DNA from: Octopus vulgaris
Lineage: Eukaryota
Assembly (NCBI GenBank): GCA_951406725.2
Contig: OX597822.1
Coordinates: 5,890,001 to 5,954,000 of the forward strand
Direction: 5' to 3'
Length of the DNA stretch: 64,000 bases
In this document: in pieces, positions 41,591-54,590 of the stretch
Position numbering within the stretch: the first letter of the stretch is position 1
Layout of the letters: every line of letters starts with the position of its first letter
Notes under the pieces: generated by a model
Seen by the model: the letters and a program-made list of their open reading frames with translations, nothing else
Databases searched by the model: none
Told to the model about the DNA's origin: nothing
Made by a program: the position numbers and the translations under genes

Positions 41591-41651
41591 TACACCTTAT
41601 GTATGTGTGTGTATACACACGCACTTATTCATCTGTATGTGTGTATGTGTA

Positions 41652-42070
41652 TACTCTTTACTCTTTTACTCTTTTACTTGTTTCAGTCATTTGACTGCGG
41701 CCATGCTGGAGCACCGCCTTTAGTCGAGCAAATCGACCCCGGGACTTATTCTTTGTAAGCCCAATACTTATTCTATCGGTCTCTTTTGCCGAACCGCTAA
41801 GTGACGGGGACGTAAACACACCAGCATCGGTTGTCAAGCAATGCTAGGGGGACAAACACAGACACACAAACATATACACACACTTATATATATATACATA
41901 TATACGACAGGCTTCTTTCAGTTTCCGCCTACCAAATCCACTCACAAGGCATTGGTCGGCCCGGGGCTATAGCAGAAGACACTTGCCCAAGCTGCCACGC
42001 AGTGGGACTGAACCTGAAACCATGTGGTTGGTTAGCAAGCTACTTACCACACAGCCACCCCTGTGCCTGT
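41652..42070 (-). mobile_element. SINE family A (young)
   Basis: Reverse-complement match, CpG retained. Confidence 0.9.
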
Positions 42071-42098
42071 ATGCATGCATACACAAGCTCCACACACA

Positions 42099-42132
<34 letters not shown>

Positions 42133-42281
42133 ATACACACACATTTATCTGTGGACATCAGTGTGCAGCTGCATTTGCATGCTAATTCTATGCTAATGTA
42201 ATCTTAAGTAACGAGTCAACCTGTTACAAAATACAGCTCCAAATGTATTGAGTGTTACTATGTGTTGTTTATATATGTATG

Positions 42282-42315
<34 letters not shown>

Positions 42316-42453
42316 TGATTATGTGTTATAAGGATGTTGGTCTCACAATCATCAGATTGTTCATTCCCTTCCTGGACTTGGTGCTGACGAGGGCATTTCA
42401 TTTTATATTGCTGAAAATGAATACTAGTGACAGCTGGGGATTTAAAATTGTAG

Positions 42454-43279
42454 CTGGGAGTTTATATTCCCAGCATATTAAACACTGCGGAATTCTGCAT
42501 ATGTTCTGACTTAATGGGCCTGTAGGCTAAAAGCAGACTTTAACTTCCATATATACATATATATATATATATAGATATAAGTAGGTGAATGAATTATCCT
42601 ATGTTTATCGTCAGCATGGAAAATTCGTTTAACCGAAACCTGGGTAGCAAATTCACGTCAGAAAACACGGTTGAAGCGACCTGTCAAGGGTAGAAACTCC
42701 GGGTTCTTGTGTAGAAATTTGTGTGTTGTATATGAATAAATGAAAGAATGGAGTCGAACGAAGATGTTAACAAAAGGAATTTACGAGAGTAAAGGAATTT
42801 TGTTAACATCTTCGTTCGAGTCCATTCTTTCATTTATATATATATATATAGTACAAAGTAAGATAAGGGTTATGAGGGTAGCCCACTATGGGATATCAGC
42901 TATCCAATATACTGCTGGTGAAGTACCCAAATACTAAATACATAAATGCTTATAATTGCAATGCAATTAATTCCTTTATTGTATTGGATGGGTGAAGGTA
43001 AAGAAATATTTTACCGTAAATTCATAATACAAATAAGAAAATGGAGGAACCAATTCATTTTGATCATCAACTTACGGATATTACAATTTCATATTATTTA
43101 TTAATATATGGAAGTTAAAACAGACTGTAACTCATATATATATATATATATATATGTTACAGTCTCTTTTAACTTCCATATATATGGATGTTAAAGTCTG
43201 TTTTAGCCTACAGGCCCATTAAGTCAGGACATATGTAGAATTCCACAATGTTTAATATGCTGGGAATATAAATTCCCAG
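42454..43279. mobile_element. Foldback-like element with ~100-bp terminal inverted repeats enclosing TA-delimited modules
   Basis: 42454-42555 is the reverse complement of 43179-43279 with few mismatches. Confidence 0.8.
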
Positions 43280-43687
43280 ATAGGCGCAGGAGTGGCTGTG
43301 TGGTAAGTAGCTTGCTTACCAACCACATGGTTCTGGGTTCATTCCCACTGTGTGGCATCTTGAGTAAGTGTCTTCTACTATAGCCTCAGGCCGACCAAAG
43401 CCTTGTGAGTGGATCAGGTTGACGGAAACTGAAAGAAGCCTGTTGTATATATGTATATATATATGTGTGTGTGTATATGTTTGTGTGTCTGTGTTTGTCC
43501 CCCCAACATCGCTTGACAACCGACGTTGGTGTGCTTACATCCCTGCAACTTAGCAGTTTGGCAAAAGAGACTGATAGAATAAGTACTAGGCTTCCAAAGA
43601 ATAAGTCCTGGGGTTGATTTGCTTGACTAAAGGCGGTGCTCCAGCATGGCCGCAGTCAAATGACGGAAACAAGTAAAAGCGAAAAAG

Positions 43688-43688
<1 letters not shown>
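43280..43688 (+). mobile_element. SINE family A
   Basis: Full-length match. Confidence 0.9.
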
Positions 43689-43719
<31 letters not shown>

Positions 43720-44109
43720 ATTTCGGGATGGTTCTTTTTTTTCCTTTTGCCAAATATACACATGCACTATATATTTGTTCTTCACTTGTTTACACTTGTT
43801 CTTATTCTAACTCATGCTTATTGCCAAGAAATTTTTTGTCACACATCTGTGACCTCTTAAGTGACACTTTCCGTGTGTGCTTTTCCTCTGTGTGTGCTTT
43901 TCCTCCACTTATTTCATTCTGTTCTTCTATGATGTATATCCTTATATGTGCATGTGCATGCGTCTGTGTGTGTGTACATGTGTGCATGTGTGTGTATCAT
44001 TGTTCTTAGTAATTCTACGACCTTCCCCTCAGCCTCATCCCTCCTCCATGGTCACTGCTGTTGTCCTAGGACCTTTTTAGAAAATCCTTATGTAAGGGTA
44101 ATCTACAGA

Positions 44110-44540
44110 TTAAAGTTGTAGAAAGGCCTGGTGTCCCTATAAAATCTCTGATCTGTAGAACTTCTGCCTTTGATAAGTCCCCATGTATGGAGAATAATTG
44201 TATTGTATGTAGGATGAACCCACAGGTTAACTGTAAGGTTAGGGATATAGTGTATAGGTTACTATGTACTGAGGGATGGTGCAGAAACCTGACAACTACT
44301 TACATTGGAGAGACTGCACACAGCATGAGGAGCATAGAGGTGAACAATGATGAGAGCTCAAAGAAAAGAAAGGCTCATCAGTGTTCTAGCAACATGCTTG
44401 AACAGAACATAGAGGCTTGATTAATAGCACAGAGGTGAAGGTATTATCGATGCATAGAACAGACACGACATTTAGACAAATCACAGAGGTTATACACATA
44501 GCAGTAGACAGACCAAGCCTCAATAGAAAACACAAATGAG
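44110..44540 (+). pseudogene. Penelope-type GIY-YIG endonuclease remnant
   Basis: VVERPGVPIKSLI...CIVC...DIVYRLLC...YIGETAHS...FRQITEVIHI...PSLN. Confidence 0.8.
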
Positions 44541-45201
44541 ACAATAACACCAACCACTACACCACACAACATGACGACTAAAGACAGAGAGAGGTAAAAA
44601 AATAAAACACAGATACAAACAGGCTAATACACACAAAATAGACATATGCACATACCTGTGATAAATATAACAAATAGAAATAGTTAAATATAAAATAAAT
44701 ATAAGAAATAGAGATAGATAAAAGATATAAATAAATAAATAAAACATTGATTTAAAGGGTTCAGATACAAACAACATAGGAAGTGAGCCCATACACACAC
44801 ACAGATGCACATACAGTAACTTCACAGATGGTCGCAACAGTATCAAGAACATGAATAACAACTACAACAACAACAGCAGTAACAACGATGGAATTAGTAA
44901 CAACAACAACAACCATCACATTGGCAGCAGCATGGGCAAACACACAAACACAGAGGGATACAGGAACTGTACCAAATTTTGGGTCCTAGGACAGCAGCAG
45001 TGACAACGGGAGAGGATACAGGGTTAAGGGGAAGTACGTAGAGCTACTAAGATCAATGACACACACACACACATGAACATATGTACACACACACACACAC
45101 GCACATACAAACATGGATGCAAACTCATGCACACATAAGGATACACATCATAGAAGAACAGAATGAAATAAGTGGAACAAGAGCACACATGGAGATGAAA
45201 A

Positions 45202-45247
45202 GTGTCATTGAATAGGTCACAGATGTGCGATGAAAGATTTCTGGACA
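45202..45247 (+). ncRNA. Decayed minimal HHR in pLTR (second copy at 43822-43867, minus)
   Basis: Two-copy consensus TGTCA-CTGAAGA-G-GTCACA GATG TGTGAC-GAAA-RATT-TC-TG(G)ACA. Confidence 0.6.
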
Positions 45248-45420
45248 ACGGACATGAGTTAGTATAAGAACAGTAATAAACTAGTGAAGAGCGAATATAT
45301 AATGTGTGTGTTTATTTGGCCCCCAAAAATTACCATCCTGAAATACAACATCTGTTTCAACACACGATTTTACATTAAGAATCTTGCAGCACAAATTAAC
45401 AATCATATATATATATTATA

Positions 45421-45625
45421 TAGTCAATCAAAGAAACATAGATAAGAGAAAAAGCAAACAAATGTGGGGACGTAGCACAAGCAATGTATTAGTATGATAC
45501 TCAGAGAAAGAAGAGAGTAGTTGTTTTACGTTTTATGCATAACCCTTCTTTGGAAACAGGAAAAACTGTGAAGTCCAAAGGGAAAGAAGGAAGAAGGAGG
45601 AAAAAAATCACCAACAGTCTATGCA
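45421..45625 (-). mobile_element. (TA)n-associated module homologous to 62560-62763, HHR decayed
   Basis: Shared pyrimidine tract; minus strand GTTT-CCAAAGA...AAAACGTA-AAAC. Confidence 0.6.
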
Positions 45626-45854
45626 TTGCTGCAGTCAAATGACTGAACCAAGTAAAAGATAAAAGATATATATACAAAAGACATACACACACACACACAT
45701 GCACACACACACAGATTAGATGTACCAGGTGTCTTTTTTAATGAATTTGCTAAGTTTTTTTACCCTTACGCATAAGTACCATGTCATGGCACCTCCATGT
45801 GGACTAAGGTGGAATCCATAATTGATAATGATACCTTGTCTAATGAACTATTCC

Positions 45855-46110
45855 TACTCCATGTAATTGTAGGATCCCTACTAAATGGCTACTAGATAAT
45901 CAGTGCTTGCAAGTAAACTTAATTTATAAGTGAGTGTTGCCTGTAATACAGAAACCTTTCATTATATAGCGTCTATATTGTCTCACTTTAAACAGAGGTT
46001 TTACAATCATGCCCACTCATTTAAGAAGCCAGGTAACTGCAAACGTATATCTTTGTCTGAATTGATATGGGACTTTAAAAATACAAAATTTCTTGGTCTG
46101 TGATCATAAT
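45855..46110 (+). pseudogene. Penelope/Neptune-type GIY-YIG remnant (a more decayed one probably follows at about 46200-46560)
   Basis: PCNCRIP...QCLQVNLIYK...FHYIA...FKQRFYNHAHSFK...LSELIWDFK. Confidence 0.7.
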
Positions 46111-47215
46111 CACTTCTCCCTACATTGATGGTGGTGGGGTGATGGTGCACACTGTGCTTACTGGAGGAACTTGAAATCATAATAGGGTTAATCTGGTAAA
46201 CAAAGGTAAGAAAATTTTTATTAGATTATAATTTTCATTTGCCAAAGATTTTATCTCATGGTGTACATTAAATTCCATCAACTAAATTCTATTAGTATCT
46301 TAAAGTTTAAAATCAATTTGCAATATTACAACCCCCCACTCAACTAAACTGATCTTATTAGAAAAAATACTTAGAGAAAACCTTACAGGTTTGTTGAATT
46401 AAATAGTATTAGTCATAATCTATGTCTAACTTATGAGAACTAAGGTTATACATACATTCCTGATTTGATCTTTCATCTGATAGTGATCATTTGTTAATCT
46501 ATACCATTAAGCACTATCATTATTCCTTATACACATATTTTTAATCCCACACATAAATACTGCTCTTATCATATGACAACTTTGTATTTTTTCTGGAATT
46601 TTCTATGAATTCTATTTTCTAACATTGCTTCTTTTTTTTAAAAAATTTGTTCATATTTCTTTATTTTAATTTTGCTTCATATTTGGATGGTTCTTATATT
46701 TTTTTATATTTTATTCATATGGATTTTCATATGTACAGTTGTGTATTTTCCACTTTTCCCTTTATATACATTTAAACCTGTTTTTTTATATTGACATATT
46801 TGTATCGGATTATTTCTTATATTCTACTCCATTTTTATGCCACAGATTTTACACACTCCTCTTAGTATATCAATATATCAAGTCATATTATTTTATTCTA
46901 TGAACCTCTTACTTCTATTTTTTAATCTCCTTGAACTTCTATAATGGGTTGGTGAGCATGTTAACCCTTCCTGTACTGATTAACCTTTTACCGGAAGGTT
47001 TTATAATATTACTCTTCACAACCCTTCAAGGTTTACTTTTAATATTTTTTCTAATATGATCAGTTTACAAACCTTCAGTTGTTAATTTCAATCACTTATA
47101 AACATTATTTTTCATATCTCTAACCACAATGTATTAGTCTTAATGCTTGAGTATAGATTACTCAATTGTTTTGAAAGTTTCACTCCTTTACTTCCTCATT
47201 CCTATAGTGTTGTTG

Positions 47216-47274
<59 letters not shown>

Positions 47275-47275
47275 T

Positions 47276-49320
47276 TATGTTTGACTTTTGCTTTACATTT
47301 GTACAAGTTGGGTCCAAGTCTCACCCAGAGACCTCAAGAGACAACAAGTTGGAAGTTCATGTTGGTGTTATGCCTAGGGTGCCATATATTTGGCTTTGTA
47401 CTTAGTGTTGTATTAGTGAATGTCTAAAAATCCATACGAAAATTATGTTTGTTTTAAAACTTGAGAATTCATAGAAAGCACATTGCGTAGGATATGAGCA
47501 GTTCCCATGAGCACTATCTTTTGAATTTCTGCAATTTTGGGGTTTCCTGGTATCTGAGTTAGGTAGCAATCAGCCCCTTTTGCTATCATTCCCAGGGCAC
47601 CTATGACAACAGGTATTGTTTTAGTCTTCAGGTTCCACATTTCACTAATTTATATTTTAAGATCTTTATATTTGCTTAGTTTTTGTTAGGTCTTGACAGA
47701 TACGTTTATACCGATTGGGACAGTCATATCAATGAGGAGGCATGTTCTTTGTCTGCAGTCTTTCAATATGATGTCTGGCCTGTTTGCATCTATCTTTCTG
47801 TCAGTTTGAATGGTGAAGTTCCAGAATAGTGAGATGTGATCATTTTCAAGCACTGGGAGTGGTTTGTGTTCCCACCAGTTTTTTTCATGGGGCAAATCCA
47901 GGTTTTTGTAAATTACCCAGTGAATATATTGTGCAGCTCTATCATGCCTGTTGAGGTACTCTGTAGGTGCTAGAAGACTGCATTTGGAGACAACATGATC
48001 AATGGTTTCATTTTGTTGTTGACATACATGACATGTTGGGCTACTGCCGTTCTTTAATATGTTGGCCTAGTAGTTTCTTGTAGGTAGGCATTGATCCTAG
48101 GCTGCTATGATAAACTCTTCTGTTTCTGATTTTAAGCCAGAAGCCATTAGCCATTGATGGGTAAGGGCTTTGTCAACATCGGCATTATTTGCTCTGTTTG
48201 GGTATTTACCATTGAGAGTTTTCTTTGCTGTTTATCAGTCAGAATATCTAAGGCAGCAGTTTGAGCACAGGTTTTCATGCACTTAGCTTTTTCTGTGTTT
48301 GTTTCTAGTAAGTCTAATTCTGGAATTTGTTGTATTTAGAATTCACTTAGATATTCCTTTACCTGTTTTGTTACTGAGTATGATGCTTTCTTGTTTTCAT
48401 GTTTTGAGACAAGTTTTAACATCCAGTCCTCAGAGTTTTTCAGGTAGGTGTCTAGGCCAATTGTAGCAATCTTCATTGTTATTGCCAGTTGTAAAAGTCC
48501 ACGGCCTCCCTCTTATCTTGGCAGATAAAGTCGTTCTGTATCTGCCTTAGGGTGGTACATTCTATGCATTGTCAACAGTTTCTGTATTTTTCTGTCAAGA
48601 TTACATATTTCAGTAATTAACCAGTTAACGATATTCAAACTGTAAGTCGCGACTGGTATGGCTAAAGCATTGATCGCTTCGATCCTGTTTCTCGCATTCA
48701 GCTCTGTCTTGAGTATTGCTCTCACCCTGCGATAACATTCTCTTCTGATCCTTTCCCTCATCACTTTGATTCCACCCCCTTCAATTATCCTTAGGTATTT
48801 GTAGCTCTCCGCTGGTTCTAACTCTTTTATGACATTCTGCTGGTCAAGGTTAACATTAGATGTTTCTGTCAATTTTCCTTTGATAAAGGTAGTTTTTGCA
48901 CATTTATCAAGGCCAAATTGCATTCTGATATCATCACTGAATTGTTTAATAATTGCTAGTAAGCCCTTGAGTTGTTGGTCATTTTTTGCAAATAACTTTA
49001 AATCATCCATGTAAATGAGCTGACTAATATTTTTATCAAACATTTTGTAACCGTACCATGCATCATTTTGAGAGAGGTATTAAGGCTAGACAAAAGAGGA
49101 GTGGTGATAGTGAGTCACCCTGGAAAATGCCACATGAAATTCTTACATCTCCAGCATTTAGAGATTCATTGTCACTGTTCAAAGTCAGTGTGGTTCTCCA
49201 TGATCTCATATTTACTGACAGAGTAGGAGCTATTTTATACATTTCCAGAATTTCTTAATCCAGCTATGCGGTAGGCTATCAAAAGCTTTTGTCATACCTC
49301 AAAAGCATTTTGTAATCACA
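47276..49320 (-). mobile_element. R4/Dong-clade LINE (RT + CCHC + restriction-like endonuclease), 5'-truncated, ending in (TAA)n
   Basis: GIFQGDSLSPL, YMDDLKLFA, GLDKCA, ETIDHVVSKC, ANRPDII and TIPVVIGALG motifs. Confidence 0.92.
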
Positions 49321-49724
49321 GTGTAGGTTCTTTTTCCACATCCCTTCATTCCTCAGTTTACACCTTAAACTTCAGATACTTGCAGTTTTGTGGGCCTACA
49401 TGGCTCAGAATATTTGTCTCCTCAGCTCCCTCATTCCTGCCATTTTGCTCTTGCATTACTAACTCACCACTGTTCAATACAGGAGTTTTAATTGACAATT
49501 AACCCCATGGGGGTTGTTGGGGCACTACAGCCATGCAGTGTACCCAGGGCAACAAAGCCTGGTGGAGCTCATCCCTCTCTAGGCTAAACTCATCTCTACA
49601 GCTGAATGGACGGGAGCAACCAGAAATGAAGTATTTTGCTCAAGAGCACAATGGATTGCTCAGTCGAAGGATTGAAACCACAATCTTACAATTGTGAGTC
49701 CAACGCCCTAACCACTAAGCCATA

Positions 49725-50018
49725 TTCTTTTATTCTTTTACTTGTTTCAGTCATTTGACTGCGGCCATGCTGGAGCACTGCCTTTAGTCGATCAAATCGA
49801 CCCCGGGACTTATTCTTTGTAAGCCCAGTACTTATTCTATCGGTCTCTTTTGTCGAACCGCTAAGTGATGGGGACGTAAACACACCAGCATCGGTTGTCA
49901 AGCAATGCTAGGGGGACAAACACAGACACACAAACCTACACACACACACATATATATATAATACATATATACGACAGGCTTCTTTCAGTTTCCGTCTACC
50001 AAATCCACGCACAAGGCA
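49725..50018 (-). mobile_element. SINE family A, 5'-truncated, next to a SINE B (49555-49722)
   Basis: Reverse-complement match. Confidence 0.85.
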
Positions 50019-50538
50019 TATACCGCCACAGTTTTAATTAACCTAACTAATTAACAAATAAGCTCTTTGTTCTTAATGCTGCTAAAATTTTATTTTATTT
50101 TATTTGTCCGTTTTTTTAACAAACTTTGTGTTTTCTTTTTTCTTTACATTTCATTCAATGTTTCAAATGTTCTTACCTTTATTATATTTTCCATTCCTCC
50201 TCCTCCTCCTCTTCCTCCTCCTCCTCCTTCCGTTGCTCATCGTATGAGGTCAAGGGTTACTGATATATGCTTTGTTATGTGTCCATTCTTTGTCAGCTCA
50301 TTCTAACAGGCTCCACTGGAATGCATACGAAATAACCATTTTATTATCTCCATCATTATTTACCGCAACAATCCCCATGGGTAGGCCCTGCAATTTAATT
50401 GCCACTCACTTCTCACTTCACCCACCATTCTCCTCCACTCCAAATTATTATCAACTTTTCACCCGAGTGTTTATTTATTCATTTATTCATTTATTTATTT
50501 ATTTATTTATTATTTTCTCATCACCATTATTGCTGTTG

Positions 50539-50616
50539 CCATCATCATCATCATCATCATCATCATCCCCATCATCATCATCATCATCATCGTCGTCGTC
50601 GTCGTCGTCGTCGTCG

Positions 50617-50667
<51 letters not shown>

Positions 50668-51083
50668 CCATCATCATCATTGTCATCATCATCATCATCA
50701 TCGTCGTCATCGTCGTCGTCATCATCGTCATCATCATCATCATCATCGTCGTCGTCGTCGTCGTCATCATCATCATCATCATCCCCATCATCATCATCCC
50801 CATCATCATCATCATCATCGTCGTCGTCGTCATCATCATCGTCATCATCATCATCATCATCATCCCCATCATCATCATCGTCATCATCATCATCATCGTC
50901 GTCGTCGTTGTCGTCATCATCATCATCATCATCGTCGTCGTCGTCGTCGTCGTCATCATCGTCATCATCGACATCATCGTCATCATCATCATCATCATCA
51001 TCGTCATCGTCGTCGTCATCATCATCATCATCATCATCGTCGTCGTCGTCGTCGTCATCATTGTCACTACCATCATCATTATT
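50539..51083. repeat. (CAT)n/(CGT)n compound microsatellite
   Basis: Directly visible. Confidence 0.98.
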
Positions 51084-51557
51084 ACTAGTGTTTTCTTAAA
51101 GGTCTTAGTAATAGTACAATGTTTATCATCATCATCATCTTAATCATCATCATCATCATGATCATTGTGTCAACTTTTGCTAGTTTCAGGGAAATTTGTA
51201 CTGCATCTCCTGTTACACCTCCAGGTTGCTGGGTGTGTGTGTGTAGCATTGGGTTGTTCTGTTTTTTACTGTTGGGGGATTGCAAACTCTCCCTGGTATT
51301 GTTTTGCATCAGTTTGTAGAGAGGGATCAATAATGTGACAGGTGAAAACGATGTCTGTACCTGTGATCATTTGAGCTTTGGGGATAATACTCAATGGTGC
51401 TCTTAAACACTGTGGTCAAATACCAGAAAACTCAAAAGTGTCAGAACTGCCAAAAATTGACCTCATGGTACTGCGTACATAATAAGAAAAACACGGTCAA
51501 CCTAAAAATACCCAATTTTCTTAAAAGTCTTTTAAAATTGCAAATATTACAAATTTA

Positions 51558-51978
51558 ACAGGTGCAGGAGTGGCTGTGTGGTAAGTAGCTTGCTAACCAA
51601 CCACATGGTTCCGGGATCAGTCCCACTGCGTGGCATTTTGGGCAAGTGTCTTCTGCTATAGCCCCGGGCCGACCAATGCCTTGTGAGTGGATTTGGTAGA
51701 CGGAAACTGAAAGAAGCCTGTCGTATATATGTATATATATGTATGTGTGTGTGTGTGTGTGTTTGTGTGTCTGTGTTTGTCCCCCTAGCATTGCTTGACA
51801 ACCGATGCTGGTGTGTTTACGTCCCCGTCACTTAGCAGTTCGGCAAAAGACACTGATAGAATAAGTACTGGGCTTACAAAGACTAAGTCCCGGGGTCGAT
51901 TTGCTCGACTAAAGGCGGTGCTCCAGCATGGCCGCAGTCAAATGACTGAAACAAGTAAAAGAGTAAAAAGAGTAAGAG
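51558..51978 (+). mobile_element. SINE family A (young)
   Basis: Full-length match. Confidence 0.9.
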
Positions 51979-52229
51979 TTAACAAAATCATAATTCTCAA
52001 CATTTGGTCTCCTTCCTTGATAATCTATCATTGCTAATCATAAATAACAAGAACATTAAAACATCCAGCTTGCTGTTATTTAGAATCTCTTGGTATGACT
52101 TGGGACAACTCATGTAAAACAAAACAGCAACAACAACAACAAAAGCCAAAAGCCTTGATGCAGTACCAGACAATGGCTCTCATGGTTTCTGATCATCATC
52201 ATCATCATTGTCATCGGATTGAGCAGTGT

Positions 52230-53440
52230 ATTATACCATTGTGTAGTGAATTACACCACTGTTTAATGAACTATGCCACTGTTTAGTGAATAAACCATTG
52301 TGTAGTAGATTATACCATTCTGTTGTGAATTATACCACTGTGTAGTGAATTATGCCAGTGTGTAGTGTATTATACCACTGTGTAGTGAATTATACCACTG
52401 TGTAGTGAATTATGCCAGTGTGTAGTGTATTATACCACTGTTAGTGAATGATATCACTGTGTAGTGAATCATACCACTGTTGTTGTACCATTGTGACTGT
52501 TTTGTAGAGAATTATACCACTGTGTAATGACTTGCCTTTTTCTGCAATGAATCATGTGGAGGTGTATGGCTTAGGGATTATTGTGTTGCACTTTTTATCA
52601 TAAGATTGTGGCTTTGTTCCTGGACTGGGAAATGCATTGTGTTTTTGAGCAGAACACTTTATTTCAGGTTGCTCCAATTCACTCAGTAGGCAAAGGATGA
52701 GTAATCTTGAGAGGTATCACTTGGGAGTATATATGCAAAAGAATCTGGGAAACTGGCCTTATGAGACAATGGTTCTGGAAGGACCTTTGATGTTTTTTGT
52801 TGTAGTGTGATATACCACTGTACTGTGAATTATGTGAATTATACCACTGTGTAGTGAATTATATCACTGGGTTGTCTATTAATTATACCGTTCTAGAGTG
52901 AATTATAATACCTATTTCTTTACTACCCACAAGGGGCTAAATACAGAGAGGATGAACAAGGACAGACAAAGGGTTTAAGTCGATTACATCGACCCCAGTG
53001 TATAACTGGTACTTAATTTATCGACCCCGAAAGGATGAAAGGCAAAGTCGACCTTGGCGGAATTTGAACTCAGAACGTAAAGACAGACGAAATACCTATT
53101 TCTTTACTACCCACAAGCGGCTAAACACAGAGGAGACAAACAAGGACAGACAGACGGATTAAGTCAATTATATCGACCCCAGTGCGTAACTGGTACTTAA
53201 TTTATCGACCCCGAAAGGATGGAAGGCAAAGTTGACCTCGGTGGAATTTGAACTCAGAACGTAATGGCAGACAAAATACTGCTAAGCATTCTGCCCGGCG
53301 TGCTAACATTTCTGCCAGCTCGCATTGTGAATTATGGTGCTGTGTAGTATATTATCTCATTGTATGATGAATTATAACACTGTGTAGTTAATTAGATCCC
53401 TGTGTAGTAAATTACAAAACTTTGTAGTGAATTACACAAA
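52230..53440. repeat. 20-bp minisatellite (ATTATACCACTGTGTAGTGA)n interrupted by SINE B (52553-52785) and SINE C (52911-53323)
   Basis: Tandem units visible on both sides of the insertions. Confidence 0.9.
52911..53323 (-). mobile_element. SINE family C with duplicated 3' half
   Basis: Same architecture as 33264-33680. Confidence 0.9.
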
Positions 53441-54501
53441 TATGCAATTAAGGAAATTGGGCCATTGAGTTGTATGCATCATTGCCAAGGATATATCATG
53501 CTGTCAGCAGTAAGATACGAACGGCCAACACCCTGTCTGACTCTCAATTAGCCCTGCTCTCATATTTTATAGCAAAATAAATTTATTTATCCATTTACTT
53601 ATAATAAAGACTTTTATCTTCTATTAAAAACTTGGCTGAAGTATTTGCCAAATCTTTCATTTATTACTCAATTTGTTAGATTAATCTTTTACTACTCCAG
53701 GCTATTCCTTGAGTAAAGTTTGTTATATATTACAAAGAGATATTTGAGAATTTAATCAGATTCTATACATAATTTTATGAGTTTGCCATAAGTTATCTGA
53801 AATTGATTAAAAGTATTCTGATACCATTTTATGATTTTGTTTGAGAATTATGTATATTATATCTTTCATTTTTCATTTGCCTAAGTGCATTCCATGTTTT
53901 GGATACGAAATCTATTTATTGTAGAGCTTGCATTTCTAAAGAATTCACTGACAAGTGATGAATAAAATATTTTATTCAGAATATTATTAGTCATATGTGG
54001 TATACATACATTATAAAACCTAATATTATTCTGTTTATCTAAGTCTCAGTACACTAGTTCTGTCTTTTCGATTGTTAGGCTCAAGAATGAAACTGAAGTT
54101 CTTGTATTTTTAGCTTTGAATTATAATGTCTAAATTTGTCTGCTAAAAGCAGAAAATTGGCAAAGTTGTTTCGATGGTATACCTCGTACTATTCCTTGTG
54201 ATTACCTGTGCTTTGAGTTCAAATACCACGGAAGTCAACTTTGAATTTCATCGTTTGGCTGTGGGATGGATGGTGTTGGTGGTTGATGGAAATGTATCAT
54301 TCCTGGTTAGTGGATTGCTGGAATACTAAGATTACTTGATGAGATGCCTAGCAGTATTTGTGCCAATTCTTTGTATTCTGAGTTCAAATACTACCATGGC
54401 TCACTTAGGTGGTAGACTTAATTCATCACCCAATTAAGCACTGTTAGTTAATTATCTGGCCCTTGGGTGTTTTAGTAGTGTCCATTTTGTAACAAGCATA
54501 C

Positions 54502-54590
54502 CGGTCAAGTTTCTAGTTTGAAGATACATTTTCCCTTTATTCAGTCTTCAAGGTCTTGTAAATGGTTATGACCACTATCTTTCCTTCTGA
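54502..54590 (-). other. Candidate 89-nt exon, possibly 5'UTR plus start (MYLQTRNLT) or non-coding
   Basis: Acceptor TTTTTTTCAATGTTATAG and donor CG|GTATGC; all three read-through frames are closed. Confidence 0.3.

Larger units (their letters stand above)
43713..45400 (+). mobile_element. 5'-truncated Penelope-like element: inverted pLTR + GIY-YIG remnant + pLTR
   Basis: 43713-44074 is inverted relative to 44982-45350; central GIY-YIG remnant; HHR remnant in both repeats. Confidence 0.8.

Noticed and set aside
46970-47015. CTGATTA-ACCTT..AAGGT as an HHR
   Set aside because: Core is mutated and GAAA is absent
52230-53440. CRISPR-like array
   Set aside because: Units are contiguous with no unique spacers, there are no cas genes, and the context is eukaryotic
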